From positions 62,001 to 126,000 of the forward strand of contig NW_013657665.1 in NCBI RefSeq assembly GCF_000142905.1: 64,000 nt of DNA, read 5' to 3'. The DNA is from Thecamonas trahens ATCC 50062. Taxonomy: Eukaryota > Protista > Apusomonadida. Each line of letters opens with the position of its first letter. Within the stretch, counting starts at the first letter, position 1. Under the pieces are notes generated by a model. It was not told the DNA's origin. It ran no database searches and saw nothing but the letters and a program-made list of their open reading frames with translations. A program made the position numbers and the translations under genes. This document shows, in pieces, positions 55,294 through 64,000 of this stretch.

Positions 55294-57999
55294 TGCCACG
55301 ACGCTCTTGGTCTCGGTCGAGAGGAATCGCATCGAGCCATCGGTCCGCAGCAGGGCAAGGACATGTGCCGACGGGACGTAGGTGACGTCGGCAATGCCAG
55401 TTCCGCTGGCTGCACAGAGGATGGCTGCACCGAGCGCGTTGGCAGGTGCCAGCGGCACGACTAGGCCACTCTCGGACTCGTCGGACCGCACCACACCGCC
55501 GGTGACCTCAAAGGCCAAGACGCCGCCAGTGTTGTCGAGGGCAATAAGCATCTCGCAGCCGTACTTCTTGTCGTTGGACGGCTTATTGAGCTCGTGGAAG
55601 ACGTCGGCGGCAAAGGTCTGCATCGAGCTGTCGCCGCCTACCAGCAGCGGTACGAGCCGGACAACTGGAGCGCCGGTCGCCAGCGCGCTCTCGCCCACAA
55701 AAACCAGTCGTTCGAGCGTCATAAAGTAAGTGCGGAGGAAGATGCTTCCGTTGCGCTCGATTGCCACATGCACCAGCGACGAGTTGGACGATGCCGCTAC
55801 GCTCGTGACCTTGCCATCGAGCTCGATGATCTCGTCGGCGCGCGCCACACCCTCGTTGGCGGCATCGAGTTTGCCCGAAAAGTACAGCAGCGCGTCCACC
55901 GGCGCGTGGTTGTTGGCCGAGTTGGTGTTCGACCGCATAGCCAGCACAAAGCCAATGCCGTCAAAGATCTTGTTGACTTCGCCAAAGCCCTCGCCGCCCT
56001 TCGTCTCAGCTTTCGCCTTGCCCGACGGGGCCGTGCTGTCAAACAGGCTCGAAATCATGCTGCCGGCCGTCGGCGTTGTATCCCAATCGAGGTCCGACTC
56101 ACTGCCCTTGGAGGGAAACGCCACCATCCCAGCTGTCGCCTTGCCAAATTTCGGCGTCGTGCCGCCAAACAGGCTCGACATCATACTGCCGGCCGTCGGC
56201 GTTGCATCCGAATCGAGCCCAGACTCGCTGTCCACGGCCGGAAACGCCGTCGTCGCCGCCGACCCAGCGCTAGCCTTGTCAGACGTCGGCGTCTTGCCGC
56301 CAAACAGGCTCGACATCATGCTGCCGGCCGTCGGCGTCGCATCCGATTCGAGCCCAGACTCGGCCTCGGCCTCGGCCGCAGCAGGAGCGTTCTCGGTGTC
56401 GTCGTTGCCCGCGCCCGCGGCTCCAGCTGGAGCCTCGGCATCGGCCTTGGTTTCGACCTCGATCCCGGCAGGCAGCTTGAGGATGAGCGCGGCATCCGCC
56501 GCAACACAGACCGCAAGGCCAACCTCGAACATTGGGACCGCCGGCGTCTCGACCTCGGCGCTGACACTGCCGTCCGCGCCGTCAGCACCGTCGGTTGCGG
56601 TGCCATCATCAGTAACAGCGGGTTTCGCGCTGGAAGCTTCGGCTTCGGCCAGCGACATAGCCATGACCTGCGCGAGGAGCTCGTCCTCGGACATGCCGGC
56701 GGTGTCGCCCATAAACTCCGAGACCTTGCTCTGCGATGACTGCTCCTGCAGCGAGGCAGCGATGGCAGCAGCAAGCATATCTTCCTCTTTCTGCTGCTGC
56801 TGCGCCGACGAGCTCGTCTTTTCTTGCTCGCCGTCTTGCCCGATGAGCCAAAGGCTGACTTGGAAGTCGACAACGACGCCGACGACGACGACGACGCCGA
56901 CGCGCGGTCAGCCGCCCGCTGAATCATGAGCCACTGGCGGGCCCGGGTCTGCGAAAGCAGAACTGAAGCCGAAGTGGTGTACATCGAGATCTGTCCCTCG
57001 GCGTCAATGACGTAAAAGGCCTGCGGCGAGACCGGGCCGGTGGCCACGGTCCGCGGCTGAGTCGACGCCGGCTTGTGCGCCAGCGACCGGTCAATCGGAA
57101 TGTTGCACGTCTCGAGCTGGCACGTCGACGAGTGCGGCAGCGCGACCTGCCACTCGTCGACGTTGAGGCTCGAGAGGTTAACCGAGTAGCCGCACGAGGC
57201 GCAGAACGCCGAGAGGCCCGATCCGTAGTAGCCCTCCTGCGCCATCCACGGCGCCATGTGGTCCGGGAAGCTTGAGAGCGTCGTCAGACGGTACGCCTCC
57301 GAGTAGTACGACGAGTTCTTCGACGATGTGCCCGTCGCCATGGCCAGGCCGTCCGCATGCGCCACGTCGTTGCCCACCAGCCGCTTCAGATCCGCACTCG
57401 ACCCGTTGAACACAAGCATCTTCCACGCAGCCCCGAGCGACGCCGGCGACGGCGTGTTGAGAAAGGCGAGAGCCTGCTCACGGAGGCTGTCATTGGCAAA
57501 CCGCGTCGAGGTCTCCACAGGCGTGACGCCCAACAGCATATTGGCCGCGTCGCGGTGCGCAAGCGAGAACGTCACCGTCCCCGCTGGCGCATACAACGCC
57601 GGATCGCCGACCTGCGAAGGCAGGTTGATGACAGAGTCAACCACCGGGCACACCGCAAACCGCTCGTCCACGCCCACAAGTACGCGTGCCCGCTTGGCGT
57701 GCGTGTACCCCAGCACGGTCGCCGGCGCGCTGCCAGGCTCGCTTGCAGCGCTCGACGATGCGTCACCGTCCTTGGCCACCACAGACCCGACCTGCTCCAG
57801 CGAGTCGGCCATCACCACCGCCACGCACAGCCGGTCTTCGTGCTCGTACGTCATCACAAAGTTGTTGCCCGCCGCATCATACATCACCCGCTGCGCCACC
57901 ACAGGCCCTGTCGCGGTTCCCAGCTCGGGCCCCCATTCGGCAGCCGCACCACCGGATCCAGAGCAAACGTCGCCGGAAGCGGCTCGAACGAGACATCAT
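45484..57999 (-). CDS. BIRC6: Giant BIRC6/BRUCE-like E2-E3 (BIR, 2xUIM, CBM32-like, TLDc, UBC); apparent 1-nt deletions at 56819-56822 and 57927-57934; a tiny first exon may lie at 58254-58257
   Basis: The C-terminal YWAKGTGYGTGST and VFVRIDEERMD...GPEGTPYENGCFEF...[20 protein letters not shown] are BIRC6-type UBC motifs. The upstream ORF 56316-57902 has a BIR: YSEAYRLTT...MAQEGYY...FCASC...HSSTC. Confidence 0.88.
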
Positions 58000-58691
58000 C
58001 TACAGTATGCAACCACCTGTGAGTGCGTGTGTGTGGAGGGGGGGGGGGAGGGGGGAACGGAGGCGCCATGTCGTGCACTCTTTGGGTGGGCGAGAAACCA
58101 ATGGAAGGGGAATAACCATCCTCTTTTCCCCGTTTGGGTCGCTCTTTCCACGGCGACACCTTCCACGACTGGTAGAGGAGCAACGAACGGCAGAGAAAGA
58201 CGAAGAGTGTCATCAACAGTCTAACTAATACCACAAGCTCCTTCAAACCATACCCATGCCTCCCCTTTTCTCCCCTCATCTTGTGCTTGTGTCTTCTTCA
58301 GCTATGCCTGTCAATGGGGCTGCCCCCCCCCCCGCCCCCCCCCCCCCCACCCACCCTACCCCCGCATCCCTCTCCTCCCCACCCCACACACCCTCCACCT
58401 CACATCAGCCTCTCCAATTATCCGTACCGGATTGCGACCGCGTGTCGTCCATTCTCGGAAAAAGAGCCAAGTGTACCGCTTTTGTGTCGAGGTTGGGGTT
58501 GGGGACCAAGGGGGGGGGGGGGGGCAAGCGGGTGGAGGTTGTGATCGTGATCGTGATCGTGGTCATGATCAACATCAAAGTGTCGGCGATCGATCGCAGC
58601 CGGCGGCCACCCCCCTCCCCGGACTGCATGGGGAGGAGGTGGATGAAAACCAAGTCGCCAACCTGTCTCGCTGTTACTGCACCTCTTCGCA

Positions 58692-60943
58692 ATGCTCCGT
58701 GCAATGGTGCCGTTCCTTCCTTTTGTACGTACCGCATCTGTGCCGTCTTCTCTCCGCTTCCCGCTCCCTCCCCCCCCTCTGCTCGCCTTCCCTTCCCCCT
58801 TCGTGACTCGGGTGACGCGCCATGGGACACTCACTCTCTACATCGATGGCACTGGCATGGGCTGGCATGGGCTGGCGTGGATTGGCATGGACTGGCGTGG
58901 GTCTGCATGGGCTGGCGTGCACTGATCTGGCTCGGCATCGGCTGGCGTACGCTCATCTGGGCCAACATGGACTGATCTGGCCTCTCTCTACCCCCGCTCC
59001 CCATACATACCGCCGCACGACGACTGCAGGTGGCGCTGGCTGGTGGCCGCCTGTCGACCGGCTTGGGCTCGGCCACTCACGAGCCTGCCTACGCTTCGCC
59101 GGCCAAGAAGAACGCATCGGTGGCGTCGGAGCCCGCGACGCAGGCGGATCCTATCCCCGCCACTCCCATCCCCGAGCCCTCCACCGCTACCACGCCCGCT
59201 CCCGCTCCCACTCCCACTCCCGAGCCTGAGCCCACGCGCGGTGCCCTCGTCACCTTGGACTTTGCCCTTGTCGAGACGCCGATGGAGTCGGGTGAGTCCG
59301 CCGCAGTCGAGCGGACCTGGCTGCGTGTCTTTCTTGGTGACAAGGTGCTGCGTGTGGTCGAGCAGATCGAGGACGCTGAGAACAAGCTCCTGATGGTCTC
59401 CAACGACATTGTGTACGACTTTGCCGACACAAACGTGTTTGTCTCGGTGTGGGATACGCCGAAGCACTTGCCGCCAGGTGTGTGGACGGCAGAGGCTCTT
59501 GCCACGCCGTCGGCCACCATGGAGATGTCGCTGCACGCGCTCAACGCGCTGCGCGACCTCGAGTTCCGCCTCGGTGTGACTCAGTCCAAGATGTGGGCCG
59601 GCCGATCCCACCTTTTGCCTTCGCGCTTTGACATGGAAGTGGCGTACGGCATCGAGGCCCAAGACGAGCTAGCCGACGGCGAGGTCATGCCAGTCCTCCG
59701 CGCTGCGCCGCTCGCCCTCCCGCTCCACTCGCAAGTCCACGGCATCGAGTACCTGACAGGCTACGTTGGCAACGACGGCGCCGCGCCTGAGGACTGGCAG
59801 CGACTGGCGGCGGCGCAGTTTCTCCCGCTCGACGACGCGTCGGCGGTCCTGGACATCCTCACGCCGCCGCAGCGCGGCGCGCTCTTCAAGTTTCTCCTCT
59901 ACCACACCCGGCTCCATCCCAAGGTCTTCCTTCACCTCGAGTCGATTCAAGAGACGCTCCCGTACTCGCTCGAGTACCACTACCGCCGCGGCGGCGCGCC
60001 GGTGGTCGCCAAGCTGCAGTGCGTGGGGGTGCGACTCGGCGGCGAGCCGGCGCTGGTGGCCAAGCCGCGCTCGGCCTTTGCTCCGCTTGCCGACTCGGCC
60101 GACGACGACGATTCGGTCCTCGCCACGCGGGTCCTCGCCCGTGATGGCGAGCTCGATGCGCTCCTCCACAACCTGCTCGCCAATCGGACCGGTCTGCTAG
60201 CGCTCTCGGCACCAGACTCGGTCCTCGCCGCCGCCTCCTCGCGTGCCGCCGCCGCCGTCGCCGAGCCTGCCGACAACGCCGACGGCTCCGAGTTTGTGCA
60301 GGCGTATCTCGAGTACCTCGGCGCCATGCTCGGGCTCGGCGCCGACGTCTCGGCGTCGATGCACGCGCTCGCTGCCTCGGCCCGGTCGGCGGGCTCGGAG
60401 CCGTTTGCCCAGCTCGAGCGCACTTTTGGCCGGCGCATCTCCGCTGACGAGCGTAGCCTCGAGGCCGACGCCAAGGTTGCCATCTTTGAGACCGACATTG
60501 TGACCGGCGCCGCGCAGCTCAAGGCGTCGCCGGCGCTGCAGAGCGACTCGCTGGCCATCACCGCCCTCGCCGGCCTCGACGGCTCGTCAGCCGGCATGGT
60601 CGACGTCATGACCGGTATGGCCGCTCTTCAATGGTCGGCCTACGACCTGGCTATCGAGTACATGAAGGCCGGCCTGGCGCAGCACCCGCTGCTGGGTGCG
60701 GTGTACAAGGACCTCGGTGTGACGTACTGGTACCGCCAGCACTTCTGGGACGCCTGGGCCTGCTTTGCCGCCCTCCGCCGCCTCACTCCCTCGCACAAGT
60801 CGGTCCTCGACGTCGCCATTCTCGAGTCCAAGCTAGAGGCCGCTGTTGGCCGGCACTACTTTTACATCGACGCTGCTCCTGCGGGTAACGCCGACGCTGC
60901 TACGCCGACTTCTTCTTCTTCGTCCGCTTCCGCTTCCTCTTAA
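58692..60943 (+). CDS. Hypothetical protein with C-terminal TPR-like repeats; exons 58692-58724 and 59030-60943
   Basis: GTACGT(58725)...CAG(59029) gives a phase-0 join MLRAMVPFLPF|VALAGG. AYDLAIEYMKAGLAQHP...VYKDLGVTY...ALRRLTP is TPR-like. Confidence 0.7.
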
Positions 60944-62219
60944 CCGAGCTCTTGTCGGGCACGTCGCCGTCTCCGCTCTCGGCCTTCTTGCTCTTCCGCC
61001 GCCTGGTCTTGGTCGTGGTCGCGGTCGTTGTGGTCTTCTTGACCTTTTTGCCCTTCTTGGTCTTCTTGGCCTTTTTGGTCTTTTTGGTCTTCTTGACCTT
61101 CTTGACCTTCTTGGCCTTGCCCTTGGCCTTCTTCGCCTTGCCCTTGCCCTTGCCCTTGCCCTTGCCCTTGCCCTTGCCCTTGCCCTTCTTGGCGTCGGCG
61201 GCGCTGTCGGCTGAGTTGCCGGGAGAGCCGGCCGACGCGTCCGTGCCATCGGCACGCTCGGCACGCGCATAGGCGTTAGACTTGATGATGCGGGTGTCGA
61301 CGTCGTCGAGAGTGTGAATGTACTTGCGCGACTTGCGGTGCGACTTGGAGCGCAGGTGGTGGAGCTTGTGATCCATCTCGGCATACTTGGCCTCCATGTC
61401 ATGAATCTGGGCGACGCGCGGGTCGTCGTAATCATACGCCGGCACCACCGAACCGCCGAGCATGACCGCTGACCGCCTCGACCGCGACGGGCGCTTGACA
61501 AGCACCCGCCGCCGGCGGTAGTGCTTCTTGTGGACCTTGCGGATCTCGGGCTCGGGCTCTTCGATCACCACAGGAACCATCGATGGCGCCGGCAGCTCGT
61601 CGTAGCCCGAGTACGTGTACGTGTTGTAAAGCACGCGGTAGCGCTTGCGCTTGTGCGGCCGCAGCAGCACCTCGTACGACGACGTCGAGTACGAGTACGA
61701 CGACGTCGAGTACGAAGACGACGACGAAGAGCTCGACGAAGAGCTCGACGAGCCCTTCTCCCGCGCCACACGCAGTCGCATCTCTTCCGAATCAATGTCA
61801 GTGTACGAGTACGTGTACGACGAGTCGACCGGGTGCTCCGCAAGGCGGACCTTGGCGGTGTGATCGTGGCCAAGCTTCTTTCCCTTGCGCTTGCCCTTTG
61901 ACCCGTCATCACTGCCATCGACCGATCCAAAGGAAACATCATCGTCGACGTTGTCCTTGCCCTTGCCCTTGCCCTTGCCCTTGTTCTTCCGGACCTTGAC
62001 CTTGCGCTTCCCGCTCCAGCCGTCCTTGCCCTTGCCCTTGCCCTTGCCCTTGCCCTTGCCCTTGCCCTTGCCACTGCCACTGCCACTGCCACTGCCACTG
62101 CCACTGCCACTGGCGTCCTTTGCCGCCTTGCTGGTCTTCTTGGTCTTGGTCTTCTTGGTCTTCTTGGTCTTCTTGGTCTTGGTCCTCACCCGCTGCTTCT
62201 TCTTGGAGCCCTTTGCCAT
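60900..62219 (-). CDS. Lysine-rich low-complexity protein (GK, GS, KKT and YSY repeats)
   Basis: Long ORF with consistent AAG/GGC codon use and a non-repetitive core (YDYDDPRVAQIHDMEAKYAEMDHKL). Confidence 0.7.
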   Translation of the reverse strand: MAKGSKKKQRVRTKTKKTKKTKKTKTKKTSKAAKDASGSGSGSGSGSGSGKGKGKGKGKGKGKGKDGWSGKRKVKVRKNKGKGKGKGKDNVDDDVSFGSVDGSDDGSKGKRKGKKLGHDHTAKVRLAEHPVDSSYTYSYTDIDSEEMRLRVAREKGSSSSSSSSSSSSSYSTSSYSYSTSSYEVLLRPHKRKRYRVLYNTYTYSGYDELPAPSMVPVVIEEPEPEIRKVHKKHYRRRRVLVKRPSRSRRSAVMLGGSVVPAYDYDDPRVAQIHDMEAKYAEMDHKLHHLRSKSHRKSRKYIHTLDDVDTRIIKSNAYARAERADGTDASAGSPGNSADSAADAKKGKGKGKGKGKGKGKGKAKKAKGKAKKVKKVKKTKKTKKAKKTKKGKKVKKTTTTATTTKTRRRKSKKAESGDGDVPDKSSVKRKRKRTKKKKSA

Positions 62220-62434
62220 GCTGCCTCTGTCTACCAAGTCTCAAACTACGGGTAGTGCAATGCCCGACCTGGGTGCAGTCGAGTGGTGCAATGTGAGCGG
62301 TATGTGTCTGTCACCACCTCCTCCCCCCCCTCCCCCCTCCCCTCCCCCCCCCCCCCCCCCCCCCCCTCCTCCAGTGGTCCTCTCCGCCTGTTCCTACCGA
62401 ATTCCCGCAACGGCCGATTAGGGTGAAGCACATC

Positions 62435-62775
62435 GAACAAACGAACAAACAATCAAACAATCAAACAAACAAACGATAATCATCAGTCACCAATGAACAA
62501 ACAAAAACACAAACGACCGAACGAATGACAGAACGAACGAACGAACGAACGAACGAACGAACGAATGAACGAACGAAACGAACGAACAAACGAACGAACG
62601 AAACGAACGAACGAATGAATGAACGAACGAACGAACGAAACGAACGAACGAATGAATGAACGAATGAACGAACGAAACGAACGAACGAAACGAACGAACG
62701 ACCGAACGAACGAACGAACGAACGAACGAACGAACGAACGAACGAACGAACGAACGAACGAATGAATGAACGAAC
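62435..62775. repeat. (GAAC)n tetranucleotide microsatellite with GAAT/GAAAC variants
   Basis: Directly visible. Confidence 0.95.
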
Positions 62776-62804
62776 ATGCGATTACACGACAGAAAGCCCG
62801 CATG

Positions 62805-62934
62805 TGGGCCAGACGGGGATGGGCCAGACAGGGGTGGGCCAGACGGGGGTGGGCCAGACGGGAATGGGCCAGACAGGGGTGGGCCAGACGGGGGTGGGCC
62901 AGACGGGGATGGGCCAGACGGGGATGGGCCAGAC
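62805..62934. repeat. 15-bp tandem repeat (gggccagacggggRt) x~8-9
   Basis: Directly visible. Confidence 0.92.
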
Positions 62935-63144
62935 ATAGGCCACACACACTCACAAACAAAAATGCATCAAACAACGGCAAAGTCCTTTGTGTTGCTCCCT
63001 TGAGCTGATGTCCGAGCCAGGATCGCACTCTGAATCGTTCACATCGTCCCGGCAGCCACCAAACCGCTCATGGTGCACGCCAGCTACGGCGAGCGCAAGA
63101 CGGAAAGCGCCACACTGCACTCACCCGTCACTCATCAAGGGAGC

Positions 63145-64000
63145 ATGTGGGCAACACGGATGGCGGTTCGGATGCAGGTCGGCCGACAGTGGGCAAGCAC
63201 GGCAGCAAGCCCGCTCCCAGAGGGCGCCGGAAAGGTCGCTCTGGTCACAGGCGCGTCGTCGGGCATTGGCCTCGGTGCCGCGGAGGCACTTGCCACCGCA
63301 GGCTACTCGGTCGGCATGATCGCACCCGAGGCTCGGGACGGAAGCCATGTGCAGGCCGTCGCTAGCGTCAAGGCTGCGGCCGAGGAGGCGGGTGCCGGCG
63401 GGAACGTGGTCTTTGTCCCGGCTTGGCTCGGCGAGTCCGAGGCTGCTGTCGAGGCTGTCGCCACCATCACGGCCGAGTTGGGAAACGTCTCAGTCCTCGT
63501 CAACAACGCTGGCATCCAGCATGTGGCTCCAGTCCACGAGTTCTCCGATGAGATGTGGAACAAGGTGCTGGCGGTCAACCTCTCGGCTCCGTTCCACATG
63601 ACCCGCGCTGTCCTGCCGGACATGATCGACGCCGAGCACGGCCGTATTATCAACGTTGCCTCGGCGCATGCCCTTGTCGCCTCGCCGTACAAGTCAGCGT
63701 ATGTCGCCACCAAGCACGGCCTGCTAGGCTTTACCAAGTCGGTCGCTCTTGAGGTCGCCGACAAGGGCATCACCGTCAACGCTGTCTGCCCGGGCTACGT
63801 CCTCACCCCGCTCGTCGAGAAGCAGATCCCGGACACTGCCAAGGCCCGCGGCATCTCCGAAGAAGAAGTCGTCCGCGACGTCATCCTTGCCGCACAACCG
63901 TCCAAGAAGTTTGTCTCCATCGACGAAGTCGTCTCCATGATCATGTACCTCGCCTCCAGCGCTGCTCGCTCCGTCACCGGCACCTCGCTGACCATTGACG
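63145..64000 (+). CDS. bdhA: D-3-hydroxybutyrate dehydrogenase (bacterial BdhA-type SDR) with a putative mitochondrial transit peptide; 3' end outside the window
   Basis: Manual translation: VALVTGASSGIG, LVNNAGIQHVAP, GRIINVASAHALVASPYKSAYVATKHG, CPGYVLTPLVEKQIPD. Confidence 0.9.
   Translation, partial: MWATRMAVRMQVGRQWASTAASPLPEGAGKVALVTGASSGIGLGAAEALATAGYSVGMIAPEARDGSHVQAVASVKAAAEEAGAGGNVVFVPAWLGESEAAVEAVATITAELGNVSVLVNNAGIQHVAPVHEFSDEMWNKVLAVNLSAPFHMTRAVLPDMIDAEHGRIINVASAHALVASPYKSAYVATKHGLLGFTKSVALEVADKGITVNAVCPGYVLTPLVEKQIPDTAKARGISEEEVVRDVILAAQPSKKFVSIDEVVSMIMYLASSAARSVTGTSLTID

Noticed and set aside
57990-58018. In-frame TGA giving C-R-U-C upstream of the BIRC6 ORF as selenocysteine
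   Set aside because: Better explained by a splice acceptor at 58000 plus a homopolymer frameshift at 57927-57934; no SECIS identified.
58725-58732. GTACGTAC acting as a splice donor on both strands for the divergent genes
   Set aside because: The minus-strand use gives no convincing first exon, and the same octamer occurs at the WDR1 donor, so it is likely just consensus.
62483-63028. ORFs reading SFVR and LAHPR repeats
   Set aside because: Translations of the microsatellite and 15-bp repeat; probably intronic or intergenic.

Overview
GC-rich, gene-dense, intron-poor eukaryotic nuclear DNA. The gene content, codon style and intron style suggest a unicellular protist, plausibly an apusomonad such as Thecamonas; that is an inference and was not verified. 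About 25 protein-coding genes are supportable: a WD40 protein (partial), FAM210/DUF1279, two tandem GT64-like glycosyltransferases, a 7TM gustatory-receptor-like channel, a Kazal membrane protein, CCDC28, GMPPA, ATG2, a degenerate DH-PH protein, SepSecS, FOPNL/CEP20, two PH paralogues, LARP4, leishmanolysin, WDR1/AIP1, a ZnF-WWE-RBR E3, a ~4,200-aa BIRC6-like giant, a TPR protein, a Lys-rich protein and a bacterial-type 3-hydroxybutyrate dehydrogenase (partial). The most notable signals are: (1) a ~180-nt multi-hairpin non-coding element present twice, in inverted orientation, whose stem differences all keep pairing (as G-U) on one strand; (2) a full-length BIR...UBC BIRC6 carrying extra UIM and TLDc modules, hidden by frameshifts; (3) a WWE-RBR ligase; (4) strongly constrained splice signals (GTAYGT donor, ACTCAC branch point); (5) patchwork sequence identity between the glycosyltransferase paralogues; (6) several one-base frameshifts at homopolymers that are most likely sequencing errors. 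All family assignments come from motif recognition by eye; no database search was run.
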